A stretch of DNA of 63,495 nt, the filler included. It is 5 parts of 5 records of this genome, joined end to end, with 100 filler letters (N's around TTAATTAATTAA, not from the genome) between each part and the next. Parts side by side here need not be neighbours in the genome. Positions count along the whole stretch, not along the records: positions 46,596 to 57,862 come from SRR22947725_2427; positions 57,963 to 63,495 come from SRR22947725_2462; 3 more parts are not named here. One strand, written 5' to 3'. The position numbers and the translations under genes are program-made. The notes beneath the pieces are model-generated. The model had not been told where the DNA came from, searched no databases, and saw only the letters and a program-made list of their open reading frames with translations. This document shows, piece after piece, positions 51,380 to 63,414 of the stretch (its first letter is position 1; each line of letters opens with the position of its first letter).

Positions 51380-51763
51380 CTAGTTCCACTTGCCCTTGCA
51401 GACTCCGTACTCGGACGTGCACTTGCCGTTGTTGCACTGAGCGAGCCCGCTCCTAGCCTTGCTATACAAAGTGCACGTAGTGCTTCCCCCTGAGATAGCC
51501 AGATATGCGAAGGCCTTGCACTTCTCGTCCTGGGTGCACATCTCTCGGCACCAGAGCTCGACGCAATCATTGCCCTTCATCGCTGGGGTAGTCGATTCGT
51601 CGTACTCCTTGAGCACAGTGCCTTGGAGCGTCTTAATCTTCAAGTTATTCGGATTCATCGCAGCTTGCTTAAGGGTGCAGAGGCGGGCAGCAGACGCAGC
51701 GGGGATGCTCGCCGCGAGCAGGGCCGCGAGCACGACCACGACGAAAGCAACGAAACGTGTCAT
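51380..51763 (-). CDS. Small secreted PAN/apple-like domain protein
   Basis: Signal peptide MTRFVAFVVVVLAALLAA; C-x3-C-x5-C-x2-F-x-Y...C-x-LY pattern; TGTAA just after the stop. Confidence 0.75.
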   Translation of the reverse strand: MTRFVAFVVVVLAALLAASIPAASAARLCTLKQAAMNPNNLKIKTLQGTVLKEYDESTTPAMKGNDCVELWCREMCTQDEKCKAFAYLAISGGSTTCTLYSKARSGLAQCNNGKCTSEYGVCKGKWN

Positions 51764-52011
51764 GTTGAGGGTACTAGTTAGTCTTGGGACAGAAACGATG
51801 TCGTATGTGTATGGGATGATAAAGCTCGAGTCTTTGTTCGATAAGAAAGATGATGAATGCGAAATGAAATCAATCCACGTCAGCCGCGCGTTAAAAGGTG
51901 CCGGCACCGAAACGCGTCCTCTGGACAGAGGACGCGCTTGCGTCCAGGGTTGGTCCACATCCAGTCTTCCCGCACAGCAGAGCGCGCGATGTGTGTGTAA
52001 GAAACTACAAC

Positions 52012-53271
52012 TCAGAGAAACCCGTGCTTCTGCAGCCCGTGCGAGCCCCATCGGCTCTTCAGCAGCCCCCAGACCCACGAGGAAGACACCGTCTCCTCGC
52101 TAAGCACCGCCGGCTGCTCAAAGTCGATCCCTCCGTTCGCAAGCCGCTCCAGGTTTCGAGCATGAGCCTCGATATCCTGCTTTCGGGGATCCGCAAGGAA
52201 CCGGACTAAATCCAGGCCATTGCGCACGTTGTAGACGCAGCGGTCCTTGTGCAACACGCGATTCGGCCACAGCGTCCCTTCATCAACCGCAGCAACCTCT
52301 CCCCAGATACCCACAAAGTAATTTCTCCATGGACCCGACGTGTACTCCGGATACTCCTCAAATGTTAGCCGGGGAACGCGCGCAAGAGGCTCGACGCTGT
52401 ATGCCTGGAACCGGTTCCTGTCCGCCTCCTCCTCCTCCAGCCTCAGCACGTAAAAGGGCCGCCACGTATGTTTCATCTCCAGCTTGCGAATAACGTTCGG
52501 CCCCACAGGCACCACCGATTCGTACAACGACGCCGTCTTTGAGTCCTCGTCGATGTGCACGGAGATCCAGAGCGGGGCAATTGCGTTTTCCGGACGACTG
52601 GCGTCTGCGTCCTTATTATTATATATCACCTCGTTCTGAGATGAGAGCCATTCAAGTTCAGACGTATAGTCCGGGCTGTCTTGTGAGAAGGACGATTCCA
52701 GGGATGACTGGAGCCATGTCGGCTTTGATGATGCCCCCTCAAGAACAAGCTCATCGTCCGAATCGTCACTGCTGCTCGTTTCGCTGCGTATCACACCGCC
52801 CCAATCGTTTCCGGAACAGCTATGGTCATCATTCCCCTTCACCGCGTTCTCGCTCTCGTCGCCCTCCGCAGTCCCATGACTGCCGTAGCTACCGTACCGC
52901 CGCCGCCGTCTCCGCACATCGGCGATGTGCTGTCTGAAAACGCTGTCCTCCTCCGCCAGGCGTATGTGAGTCAGCCATGTGTATCCAAACCGCTTGTAGT
53001 ATTCTTCGTCTTCGTGAAGCATGGAAAGGGAAAGCGAGGACCGAGACAGCGGACCAGGTGGAGACGCCGTGGAGGACGAGCCCGGAGACGGACAGGGAGA
53101 CGGGCCGTCCGAAGACGAGGACATACACCGCATGTCCTCGCCCCGCAGCGACCTGTGCCGTCGTAGCCGAGGCGCTGTCCACACCGGGCCTGACAAGCGG
53201 AATCGTAAAGTCGTCCCAATCCGGAGATTAAACGCGCGACTTGCGCGAATGGATCGTGCGAGGGCCTCCAT
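52012..53271 (-). CDS. Hypothetical protein with probable mitochondrial presequence
   Basis: Arg-rich N-terminus from MEALARSIR; low-complexity middle; globular-looking C-terminal half. Confidence 0.6.
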   Translation of the reverse strand: MEALARSIRASRAFNLRIGTTLRFRLSGPVWTAPRLRRHRSLRGEDMRCMSSSSDGPSPCPSPGSSSTASPPGPLSRSSLSLSMLHEDEEYYKRFGYTWLTHIRLAEEDSVFRQHIADVRRRRRRYGSYGSHGTAEGDESENAVKGNDDHSCSGNDWGGVIRSETSSSDDSDDELVLEGASSKPTWLQSSLESSFSQDSPDYTSELEWLSSQNEVIYNNKDADASRPENAIAPLWISVHIDEDSKTASLYESVVPVGPNVIRKLEMKHTWRPFYVLRLEEEEADRNRFQAYSVEPLARVPRLTFEEYPEYTSGPWRNYFVGIWGEVAAVDEGTLWPNRVLHKDRCVYNVRNGLDLVRFLADPRKQDIEAHARNLERLANGGIDFEQPAVLSEETVSSSWVWGLLKSRWGSHGLQKHGFL

Positions 53272-53425
53272 ATCCCTCTCCGCCCTATCACTGGTGCTCA
53301 AATCTTCAGGCGAGCACCTCCCCACGACCAACAAGAAGATGCAACGGGTCTGGAATTCCAGACTCGACTTTCAAATGGAGCACGTTTTAAAACGCCAACC
53401 CTACGTTCCTTCTCGCGACGGTAGG

Positions 53426-54568
53426 ATGAAGTCCGTGTCTGGGAACACCCGGTTTTGGCGACCGGTACCTCGCAGACCTGGCAGCCTCGCCCTTCCCTCT
53501 CGTCGAGTCCGACCCTTAAGCCGTCTCGTCCAGGCATCGCAAGGTCCCCTCGTCCAGGCATCATCATCCCTCGACCCTGAGCAGACGCTTGGAATCCTCA
53601 AGTGGCAAGCGACGGGCGTGCCAATCATGGATCGCCTCGCCTCTCTCGGTCCGGGACCAGAGTCTGTCACCATGGCGGCCCAGCACGTTGTCCTGTCCCT
53701 CATTTTGGCATATTCTATCCAATTTGTGGCTAAATCCTGGATGCGAAAGATTCACCGAAACCAGGTAACAGATTTGCGCCTCTCTGGGACCAAGAAGACG
53801 TCGGGAACGGCGTGGACGTTGGTGCATAGCGCAGTGCCCGTAGCCTCCAGCACCATTCCGCTGCTCGCCATATTCTACTCCACCACGATCATGTTCTCCC
53901 TGCTTGCGGTCCACGAGATGCACTTGAGGAACGTGTTGCTGTATACGTTTGTAGATGAGGGGTTGGTTGTCAAGTGGGTCATGATGCTTTCGCAATTCTT
54001 TCAAGACGTCGTTGACACGCTGCTCATCTACGCCACCACCCTCTTCGTGCGGAACGTGAAGGATACCCTGGTGAAGCAACACCTTATCAAGTCAATCACG
54101 GATGGAGAGTTTGCCGAGGTGGTGTCAAAGACAGGCGTCCGAGGCAACAACAAGCCATTGGTGCGGATCATCGACGTTGTCAACGTGATGCTCACGTACT
54201 TGCTGTACTTCGTCGCCTTTGTCGCGAGCCTGGACGCGTTCGGGTTCGACGTCACGCCTCTTGTTGCTAGTGTGTCGGGACTCTCTGTGCTGGTGGGGAT
54301 CGGTATGCGCGAGGTTCTGGAGAATGTCGCCGGTGCTCTCACGTTGTATTTGGCGCCGCCCTTTGCCGTGGGCGATCGAGTACGCTTCATCACCGTTGAC
54401 GGTGTGGACACCGTCCAGCCTGTCGCTGAGGGTGTTGTTGAAGAAGTGGGGGTGCTGCGCACCGTGATCCACACGAATACGAGCAGATTCTACCTGGCAA
54501 ACGCGATGCTGCTCAAGCTCGTGGTGGAGCAGATAAAGGACCCTGATTCTCTGATCAGAGAATCGTGA
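53426..54568 (+). CDS. MscS family mechanosensitive channel, probably plastid-targeted (start uncertain)
   Basis: TM helices then GIGMREVLENVAG...PFAVGDRV...GVVEEVGVLRT; transit-like N-terminus. Confidence 0.8.
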   Translation: MKSVSGNTRFWRPVPRRPGSLALPSRRVRPLSRLVQASQGPLVQASSSLDPEQTLGILKWQATGVPIMDRLASLGPGPESVTMAAQHVVLSLILAYSIQFVAKSWMRKIHRNQVTDLRLSGTKKTSGTAWTLVHSAVPVASSTIPLLAIFYSTTIMFSLLAVHEMHLRNVLLYTFVDEGLVVKWVMMLSQFFQDVVDTLLIYATTLFVRNVKDTLVKQHLIKSITDGEFAEVVSKTGVRGNNKPLVRIIDVVNVMLTYLLYFVAFVASLDAFGFDVTPLVASVSGLSVLVGIGMREVLENVAGALTLYLAPPFAVGDRVRFITVDGVDTVQPVAEGVVEEVGVLRTVIHTNTSRFYLANAMLLKLVVEQIKDPDSLIRES

Positions 54569-54755
54569 TTCTATCGATTAGGTGGGGACCCTCGCCCAAT
54601 TAGCCTCGCCGCCTCGGTCGTGTCAATCGAGTGACCCTCGGGGGGTGACGTGGCAAGTCCAAAAGAAAGGAAAGATTCTAGCCATCTCGTCACCGGAAGC
54701 GCGACGCCACGAAGTAGGAAAGTTCAGACAGTCGAGAGAGGAAGGGGGCTGAAGT

Positions 54756-55442
54756 ATGGGCCCGCCAGCTAAGCACGACGTCGGGGAGAAGTCCCAAATC
54801 AAGGAGTCGCTTTTCGCGCTCGAGTCGAAGAAGCGGTCCGTAGAGGATCTGATGGAGGAGATCATCGTCAGACTCGGGACGTGTGGGTGCATGAACGACG
54901 AGCCCCTCGTAGACGAGGAGGGCTATCCCCGGGGCGACATCGACATCGTTTCAGTCGTCCACGACCGAAAGCAGCTCAAGGAACTGCAGAACGACCACAA
55001 GGCGATTATGAAGGAGATAGAAGAGGGCCTGCATCGGCTGCACGCACTCGACCGGCGGCACGGCGACTTCGAGAACAACGTCAGCGCTCAGAGGTCGGTG
55101 CACGTTGACGCGGAGGCGTCGATGTGCACTGTGGACGCGGTGACCGCGGCACCCGATCCACATCGATCCTTTGCGCTGGTCGACGAGGTGAGCGAGAACT
55201 CGCCGGGTAGCGATGCTGGGTTGCGGCCAGGGGACGAGGTCGTTGCATGCAACCATGTGACGTTCGAGACGCCAAACGCGTTGCAAGTGTTTTCGAGGCT
55301 CGTGACTGACGCCGCGAAGGAATCTGAGGAGTTATGTGTTCGAGTGAAGCGCGGAGAGTTCATCATGGCAGTCGTCCTGAAGCCAAGCGAGGGGTGGGGC
55401 GGGCGAGGGGTGCTTGGGGTGCATCTTGTGCCACGACACTGA
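54756..55442 (+). CDS. PSMD9: 26S proteasome assembly chaperone PSMD9/Nas2
   Basis: PLVDEEGYPRGDID...LQNDHK N-domain; PDZ-like SPG.DAGL..GD; WGGRGVLG tail. Confidence 0.9.
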   Translation: MGPPAKHDVGEKSQIKESLFALESKKRSVEDLMEEIIVRLGTCGCMNDEPLVDEEGYPRGDIDIVSVVHDRKQLKELQNDHKAIMKEIEEGLHRLHALDRRHGDFENNVSAQRSVHVDAEASMCTVDAVTAAPDPHRSFALVDEVSENSPGSDAGLRPGDEVVACNHVTFETPNALQVFSRLVTDAAKESEELCVRVKRGEFIMAVVLKPSEGWGGRGVLGVHLVPRH

Positions 55443-55474
55443 GTTTTACCTGAGAAGTGATGGAACCCGAACGC

Positions 55475-57862
55475 CTAGTCTGCGGGAACCATGCTGTAGC
55501 TCGAGATGGTCAACCTTCCGTTGGAAGGGTCTGTGGACCAGACGAGCTGGTACAGTATCCCACTTGGGCTCTCGACCAGATCGGATCCGATTGGAATCTT
55601 GAGTGCTATCTGCTCCTCTGCGACCAGCAACAGCTCGTACCGACCCTCTCGGACGGCGGCCTCTAGCTCTACCTGTCGGATCAGCGACATGAAAGAGTTG
55701 AAAACCGTCGCCGAACGCAGCTGGACGTCCTCAACGCCAAGCACGGATCTGTTCATGTCGAGCGTCGTCAGCAGCCGAGGGAGCCGGTCCTCCATCTCGT
55801 GTGGAACATCAAACGTGCAGTATCCGTCCGAAGACGTCTTGTTGGCTGTCTTGGAGCCGAGGGTCCTCGTGACGAGGTTATGGACCGCCCCGGTCACCAA
55901 CATGGCCGGCGACACGCGTATGTTAAGCTGGTAGCCACAGCCGAAGCGACGACGCAATTCCAGTTCCGTGCCGGTAAACACGGTCACGCCACGCGAGAGG
56001 ACGATGATTTCGTCGCCACGCTCAGCCTCCTCGACGTCGTGCGTGGCAACCAGGACACCGCAGCCCGCCTGTTTGATCTCCTGTATCAAGCCCCAAGCGA
56101 GGCGCTTGAGCTTGGGACTCATCTCTACGGTGGGTTCGTCGAGAAGCACGAGACCGTCGCGATGACCGCGAGTGGATGCTGACATGCCGACCATGGCTGT
56201 CTGCAGTGAGAGCCAACGGCGCTCCCCCCGGTTCAGATCCGAAATGATTCTGTGATCCTGAAGGATGGGCATCGTGGCGGACTTCAGTTTCACGTCTCCA
56301 TCGTCTTCGTCGGCGAGGTAACATTCGCCTTCCTCGACATCCAGCCCGCGTATGGCCCGTATGAGGCCAAGCCACTCAGCAACCGTCATGTAATCGAAGA
56401 ATGTGGGCTCCTGCGGGCAGTAACCAATCAGCAATCCCGGTGCACGCCTCACGTATGGGCACTGCTCGTCTAGGATGGATTTTAGGAGGGTCGACTTTCC
56501 CGCCGAACACGTCCCCAGGATCACCTTCTCTTGTCCTGGTTCAAGCAACAGCGAGGCGTCGTCCAGGGCCAACGTCGCTCCATACCGCTTCCGCAGGTGG
56601 TCCAACTTGATTATCCCCGCGTCCAGCAACATACTACTTGTGTCATTCCATCGCCCGAACCTCGTCCATGTACGGGCACTAGCGACCCATGCCAACAGCA
56701 TGAATCCCCACGAAAGCAACCACATCAGTGCCTGCGTCGCCCAACCACCTTGTCCGCGGAGCCCGAACACTAGCAGCCCCCAAGGCGTCACATATTCCGT
56801 ATACATATCCGCAAACCCACTCACAATACTCATCCAGCTCCAGAAGAAGAGCAGAAACCCGACCCCCAGCACGGAACCCTTGTGCCGCAACAACGCGCCG
56901 ACAATCAACCCCAGGGCCATCATCGCCTGCCCACACGAGATCATCAGCGACACCTCATACCACGTCAGACTGCTTTGACTGATGTAAAGCAGGGCATATG
57001 CGCCGACAAACGCGAGCGAATTCCAGAATTGGATGGAGCTCCACGTCGCGACCAACACCAAAAAATGGGCGGTCCTCGACAGGGAATGTACCGCGAGAAG
57101 ATCGAACACTCCTCGCTTATCCACCGTATCGTGTACCTGCATCATCAATATCAGCATGCAGCTAGACATGTAGAAGAGCGGGAGGAGGAGATCAAGCTGG
57201 GGGACTCTGGTGACACCCCCGCCAACCCCCCCGTCACCTTCCTGAAGGGCGCCTCCTGCATAGTTGGTCTCGTCAAAAGTCTCAGAGACCCCTGAAATAC
57301 TCGAATCGACGAGCTTCACGCCAATTTCCATCCCCTTACCGTCCAAAAACCTTGCCACAGCCCGCTGCACAGCTACGACTACCGGCAACTGCACGTACTC
57401 GTCCGCTGAGAAATACTTGCCCTTAAACCACCGAGCCGTCCCATTTGTTTGGACACTGTATGCGTACGTGTTCGCGTCCTCCTTGAAAAATTCGACCGCG
57501 GCCAACACGGTTGAGGGGTTGGCGTACAGGTGGGCGTCCATATCGACACCGGAAGCAAACCCCTTGACTTCTCCGGATTCCACCCCCTAACGATCGAGCA
57601 GCATACGGTAGCAATTGGTGAGCTCAAGAGTGTGGCGAAAGAGGAGAGCGAATGGAAGTTTTCGTGACCGAAACCCGCGGACACCCACGTACCATCCTGT
57701 CGACCACGTCCCGGAACTCGCTCGTGTTCGGTGCAAAAATGACCGTGTAGCAGTTGTTAGGATCCATGAAGACGTCATTCTTGCAGCTTGGGATGGAACC
57801 CGTACTCCGATCGCCGGCCGGACCCCCGAACGTCAAACTCACGGTGCCAGCCAACCCCTGAA
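55475..57862 (-). CDS. ABCA-subfamily half transporter, 5'-truncated (exons gap-57693, 57586-55475)
   Basis: TM domain; GTCSAGKST, GYCPQ, LLDEPT, THDVEEAE, LRRRFG.GY; C-terminal tail resembles plant ABCA half-transporters. Confidence 0.85.
57587..57692 (-). other. Spliceosomal intron (106 nt, phase 0)
   Basis: GTACGT donor, GCTCAC branch-like motif, TAG acceptor; joins ...VDRM to GVESGEV in frame. Confidence 0.85.
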
Positions 57863-57962
57863 NNNNNNNNNNNNNNNNNNNNNNNNNNNNNNNNNNNNNN
57901 NNNNNNTTAATTAATTAANNNNNNNNNNNNNNNNNNNNNNNNNNNNNNNNNNNNNNNNNNNN
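57863..57962. other. Artificial contig spacer
   Basis: N-runs with TTAATTAATTAA. Confidence 0.98.
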
Positions 57963-58375
<413 letters not shown>

Positions 58376-58384
58376 TTATTTCTC

Positions 58385-61300
58385 CTAATTTTCAGAATCA
58401 AGTTCTAGGTTAATTCCAAGTGATCGAATCTCTTTTGTGAGTACGTTGAATGACTCAGGGATATTCGCATCCATTTGGTAGTTTCCATCAACGATATTTT
58501 TATACATTTTAGTTCGCCCTGGAACATCATCGGACTTAACTGTGAGCATCTCTTGAAGGGTATATGAGGCACCATATGCTTCGAGGGCCCATACCTCCAT
58601 CTCACCAAATCTTTGACCGCCAAATTGAGCTTTTCCACCGAGAGGCTGCTGAGTAACAAGACTGTATGAACCTGTTGAGCGAGCATGCATTTTGTCGTCA
58701 ACCAAATGATTTAATTTGATCATATACATGTATCCAACTGTTACAGGTCGTTCAAACTGTCTGCCAGTTCTTCCATCAAACAGTGTCAATTGCCCAGAAT
58801 CAGGGAGATCAGCAAGCTTGAGCAACTCTTTAATCTCAGATTCTTTGGCACCATCAAACACTGGAGTTGCTATCGGCAAACCGTCAGTAAGATTGCTTGC
58901 TAGAGATTGAATTTCAGCATTGCTTAAAGAATCAAGATCTTCTTTAATAGTTGCATTCTTGTTATATAAGATATCTAGGTACTTTTTCAGCTCATCCGCT
59001 TTAGCTTTAGCTTGAATCATTTTATTGATTTTTTCGCCTATTCCTTTTGCAGCTGCTCCCATGTGGGTCTCAAGAATTTGACCAACGTTCATTCGGGATG
59101 GAACACCAAGAGGGTTTAAGACAATATCAACAGGATTTCCTTCGTCGTCATAGGGCATATCCTCAATAGGCATAATTTCTGAGATGACGCCTTTGTTACC
59201 ATGTCTACCAGCCATCTTGTCTCCTGGCTGAATTCTTCTTTTAACAGCTAGATATACTTTTACGATTTTTATTACTCCAGGAGCAAGATCGTGACCTCTA
59301 GTAATCTTTTGTTTTTTCTCATCAAAACTTTCCTGAATATCTTTGATGTATTGTTTTAAAGCTTTCTCAGCATCTTCAATTTTATCATTTGCAGAGTCAT
59401 CAGCTGTTCTTACAGATAATAAGTCATCAAGGCTCAGCTCTGATAAGTCTTCAGCTGAAACTGAAGAACCTTTCTTGAGGCCTGGACCCTTAGAAATTTT
59501 TGCACCTTTAATAATATCAACTAGACGGATTCTTGTAGCATCATTAATAATTTTAATCTGATCGTCAGCATCTTTCTTTGCAACAGATAAATGGTCAGCT
59601 TCAATCGAAAGCGTTCTTTCATCTTTTTCCATCCCATCTCTTGTGAAGACTTCAACGCCGATTACAGTTCCGTTGATGCTTGATGGAACTCTCAATGAGG
59701 TATCTTTTACATCAGAGGCTTTTTCTCCGAAAATTGCACGTAATAGTTTCTCTTCTGGTGACAATTGAGTTTCACCTTTTGGAGTAATTTTACCAACCAA
59801 AATATCTCCAGCTTTGACTTCTGCTCCAACATAAACCATCCCGCAATCATCAAGTTTTCCAAGCGATCCTTCGCCGACATTTGGGATGTCAGCTGTTATC
59901 TCCTCTGAGCCAAGTTTTGTATCCCTAGAAATACAAGTTAATTCTTGGATATGAATAGAAGTAAATCTATCTTCTCTTGAAACTTTTTCAGACATCAAAA
60001 TAGAGTCTTCAAAGTTATACCCATTCCAAGGCATAAAGGCTATTCGAATGTTTTGTCCCAATGCTAACTCACCATTATCAACTGATGGTCCGTCAGCAAG
60101 AATATCGCCAAATTTTACTTTATCCCCAACTGAAACAAGCGGTCTCTGGTTGATACAAGTGTTTTGATTCGATCTTGTGTATTTTGTGAGATTATAAATA
60201 TCAACGGCATTATTTGAATTTTTAGCATCGGTAACACGAACAACAATTCTTGCAGCATCAACGTTTTCAACAACTCCATTGTTCTTAGCTACAACGCAAA
60301 CACCGGAATCACTGGCAACAATAGTTTCAAATCCAGTTCCAACAAGAGGTTTTTCAGGTTTTAAAACTGGAACAGCTTGCCGCATCATATTTGAACCCAT
60401 TAATGCTCTATTAGCATCATCATGCTCAAGAAATGGTATTAATGAAGCTGCAACAGAGACGACTTGCTGGGGAGCCACATCCATCAAATCAATCCTTTCA
60501 GGACTCATCAAAGCAGAATCACCCTTGTGCCTAACAGGTACAAGATCATCGGTAAACTTCCCTGACTTGTCTAGGACTGCGTTGGCCTGAGCAATAATAT
60601 GCTCTCCTTCATCAATTGCGGATAGATAAATAATATCATTGGTGACTTTACCGTTTAGAACTTTTCTGTAGGGGGTTTCAATAAACCCATAGGAATTTGT
60701 TCTTGCATAACAGGCAAAAGAATTAATCAGCCCAATGTTTGGCCCTTCAGGCGTTTCAATTGGACAAAGTCTTCCATAATGAGTTGGATGCACATCCCTT
60801 ACCTCAAAGCCTGCTCGCTCTCTAGTTAATCCACCTGGTCCAAGAGCGGAAACTCTTCGCTTGTGAGTAATCTCAGATAATGGATTATTTTGATCCATAA
60901 ACTGTGACAACTGGCTTGAGCCAAAAAATTCTTTAATAGCAGCAGTCACAGGTTTTGCATTGATGAGGTCTTGTGGACCAAGTTCATCGGCTTCAGCCAT
61001 GCTCAACCTTTCTCTAACAGCCCTTTCTACCCTTATCAATCCAACTCTAAATTGGTTAGCAGTCATCTCGCCTACTGATCTGACGCGTCTATTGCCTAAA
61101 TGATCAATATCATCAACATTGTCATGCCCATCTCTAATTGCCACTATTCCCTTCATAACACTTAAGATGTCATCAAGATCAAGGATGCCAGGTGTTTCTT
61201 TTGCTGCATCTATTTTTAATCTTCGGTTAAATTTCATTCTGCCAACTTCAGAGAGATCATAGCGTTCATGATTAAAAAATAGATTTTGGAATAATTGTTC

Positions 61301-62455
61301 AGCCGAATCTTTAGTTGGTGGTTCGCCAGGTCTCATCATTCTGTATATTTCAACCAAAGCCTCTAGACGATTTGATGTAGGATCAGCTCGCAAGGTTGTG
61401 GATATATATGGGCCTTTATCAAGGTCATTAATATATAAAGTTTGGATTTCAGCGATGTTTGCTTCTCTGAGCACTTCGATAATTGAGTTATCAATTTCTG
61501 TATTTGCAGAAACCAAGACTTCTCCTGTCTCTTGATTAAATATGTCTTTTGCTAGAACTTTACCAATTAAGAAGTCATCCTCAACTTTAAGGGAGGATAT
61601 TTTAGCTTGCTCGAGCTCACGAACATGTCTTGCAGTAATTCTTTTGTTAGCTTCAACAACAACCTTTGATTTGATCTTTAAATCAACGGGTAATGTCTGA
61701 CCTCTTAATCTGGATGGAATTAACTCTAAACTGATTCCAGCTTTATCCATTTTCACATTATCAATTTCGTAAAAATGCTGAAGAATTTCTTCCGTACCCA
61801 TGTCCATAGCTTTTAAGATGATGGTAGCTGGTATTTTTCTTCTTCTATCAATCCTACAAAAAAGATTATCTTTTGGATCAAATTCAAAATCTAGCCATGA
61901 GCCTCTATAAGGAATAATACGAGCAGAATAGAGCACCTTGCCTGATGAATGAGTTTTGCCTTTATCATGATCAAAGAAAACGCCAGGTGATCTATGAAGT
62001 TGATTAACTACAACTCTCTCAGTACCATTGATGACAAATGAACCGTTTTCAGTCATTAAAGGAACTTCGCCCATGAAGACTTCACCTTCTTTAACATCCT
62101 TTACTTCTTGGAAATTAGTATCTCGATCATAAATTACAAGGCGCACCACTATTCGAAGCGGGGCAGAATAACTTAGCCCTTGAATTAAACATTCTTGGAC
62201 TGTATAGCCAGGTTTTCCTAATTCATAAGAAACATATTCAAGGGCGGCATTACCAGACACGCTGGTAATAGGAAAAAGAGTCTGAAAAACTTCTTCGAGA
62301 CCCTGATTTTCTCTTGCACCTACTTCAACGTGTTGTTGAAGAAATTGTGAATAAGATTCAAGTTGAGTCTCAATGAGCTTAGGAAGCTCCATTACTTTTG
62401 GAAGTCTTCCGAAGTTTTTTCTAATTCTTCTTTTTTCTGTATAGCTGTATGACAT
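58385..62455 (-). CDS. rpoB: RNA polymerase beta subunit
   Basis: [34 protein letters not shown]. Confidence 0.99.
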   Translation of the reverse strand: MSYSYTEKRRIRKNFGRLPKVMELPKLIETQLESYSQFLQQHVEVGARENQGLEEVFQTLFPITSVSGNAALEYVSYELGKPGYTVQECLIQGLSYSAPLRIVVRLVIYDRDTNFQEVKDVKEGEVFMGEVPLMTENGSFVINGTERVVVNQLHRSPGVFFDHDKGKTHSSGKVLYSARIIPYRGSWLDFEFDPKDNLFCRIDRRRKIPATIILKAMDMGTEEILQHFYEIDNVKMDKAGISLELIPSRLRGQTLPVDLKIKSKVVVEANKRITARHVRELEQAKISSLKVEDDFLIGKVLAKDIFNQETGEVLVSANTEIDNSIIEVLREANIAEIQTLYINDLDKGPYISTTLRADPTSNRLEALVEIYRMMRPGEPPTKDSAEQLFQNLFFNHERYDLSEVGRMKFNRRLKIDAAKETPGILDLDDILSVMKGIVAIRDGHDNVDDIDHLGNRRVRSVGEMTANQFRVGLIRVERAVRERLSMAEADELGPQDLINAKPVTAAIKEFFGSSQLSQFMDQNNPLSEITHKRRVSALGPGGLTRERAGFEVRDVHPTHYGRLCPIETPEGPNIGLINSFACYARTNSYGFIETPYRKVLNGKVTNDIIYLSAIDEGEHIIAQANAVLDKSGKFTDDLVPVRHKGDSALMSPERIDLMDVAPQQVVSVAASLIPFLEHDDANRALMGSNMMRQAVPVLKPEKPLVGTGFETIVASDSGVCVVAKNNGVVENVDAARIVVRVTDAKNSNNAVDIYNLTKYTRSNQNTCINQRPLVSVGDKVKFGDILADGPSVDNGELALGQNIRIAFMPWNGYNFEDSILMSEKVSREDRFTSIHIQELTCISRDTKLGSEEITADIPNVGEGSLGKLDDCGMVYVGAEVKAGDILVGKITPKGETQLSPEEKLLRAIFGEKASDVKDTSLRVPSSINGTVIGVEVFTRDGMEKDERTLSIEADHLSVAKKDADDQIKIINDATRIRLVDIIKGAKISKGPGLKKGSSVSAEDLSELSLDDLLSVRTADDSANDKIEDAEKALKQYIKDIQESFDEKKQKITRGHDLAPGVIKIVKVYLAVKRRIQPGDKMAGRHGNKGVISEIMPIEDMPYDDEGNPVDIVLNPLGVPSRMNVGQILETHMGAAAKGIGEKINKMIQAKAKADELKKYLDILYNKNATIKEDLDSLSNAEIQSLASNLTDGLPIATPVFDGAKESEIKELLKLADLPDSGQLTLFDGRTGRQFERPVTVGYMYMIKLNHLVDDKMHARSTGSYSLVTQQPLGGKAQFGGQRFGEMEVWALEAYGASYTLQEMLTVKSDDVPGRTKMYKNIVDGNYQMDANIPESFNVLTKEIRSLGINLELDSEN

Positions 62456-62487
62456 ATGTCGCCCTTTAAAAATGTTTTATTGAAAGA

Positions 62488-62868
62488 TTATTTAAGCTCT
62501 GCTGATGCTCCTGCCTCAGTTAGCTGCTTAAGCATTTCTTCAGCGTCAGCTTTATTAACACCCTCTTTCAAAGTGTTAGGTGCGCCATCAACTAAATCCT
62601 TAGCCTCTTTCAATCCAAGTCCTGTAATTGCGCGAACAGCTTTAATTACTTGAACTTTTTGATCGCCAGCTGCAGTTAAAACTACATCAAAGCTATCTTT
62701 TTCTTCCACAGCCTCACCAGCGTCGCCGCCAGCAGCAGCAGGAGCGGCAGCCACAGCAGCAGCTGCAGTAACACCGAATTTCTCCTCAATTGCTGAGATT
62801 AGTTCAACCAAGTCCATTACAGACATTTCTTCTATCGCGCTTAGAATATCATCTTTAGATATTGCCAT
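62488..62868 (-). CDS. rplL: 50S ribosomal protein L7/L12
   Basis: [10 protein letters not shown] hinge, GLGLKEAK. Confidence 0.98.
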   Translation of the reverse strand: MAISKDDILSAIEEMSVMDLVELISAIEEKFGVTAAAAVAAAPAAAGGDAGEAVEEKDSFDVVLTAAGDQKVQVIKAVRAITGLGLKEAKDLVDGAPNTLKEGVNKADAEEMLKQLTEAGASAELK

Positions 62869-62883
62869 TTTTTTCTCCTAGAT

Positions 62884-63414
62884 TTAGGCGTTAGCCTGTT
62901 TGTTGTCTCGAACTGCAGAAAGAACCCTGGCTAACTTGCTTGGCACTTCATTAAGAAGTGTTGCAAATTTACCAATAGGCGCTTGAAGCACTGCAGCAAT
63001 AAGAGTTAGTGCTTCTTCTCTTGATGGTAGAGATGCAAGAACATCAATTTGTGATCCATCTAGAAGTTGCCCTTCCACAACTAAAGCTTTGATCTCAAGA
63101 GCTTCAAAGTTTTTTGCGTAAGTTTTTAACATCTTCGCTGCTGCACCTGGTTCAGCATATGAGAATGCAAAAAGTGAAGGGCCGGTTAACACTTCATCAG
63201 TGCAACCAAAGTCAGTGCCTTCAAATGCCAATTTTGCAAGAGAGTTTTTTATAACCTGAATATGGACTCCAGATTCTGTTCCTTTTTTTCTTATTTCAGT
63301 TAACTCAGAAACCTTGAGGCCTCTGGCATCTGAAATAACAAGCGAAGAAGCGGAAGCCGAAACTTCTTTAACCTCTTTAACTATTCTCTCTTTATCTTCT
63401 CTAGCTAACGCCAC
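62884..63414 (-). CDS. rplJ: 50S ribosomal protein L10
   Basis: KNSLA, GP, LASLPSREE; GTG start with AGGAG RBS. Confidence 0.96.
   Translation of the reverse strand: MALAREDKERIVKEVKEVSASASSLVISDARGLKVSELTEIRKKGTESGVHIQVIKNSLAKLAFEGTDFGCTDEVLTGPSLFAFSYAEPGAAAKMLKTYAKNFEALEIKALVVEGQLLDGSQIDVLASLPSREEALTLIAAVLQAPIGKFATLLNEVPSKLARVLSAVRDNKQANA

Noticed and set aside
53021-53425. Apparent long N-terminal extension of MscS overlapping the opposite-strand gene
   Set aside because: Better explained by later starts for both genes (53426 and 53271), leaving a short divergent promoter
60830-60930. RpoB rifampicin-resistance cluster I
   Set aside because: Key residues (Q, D, H, S in SQFMDQ...THKRRVSAL) look wild type
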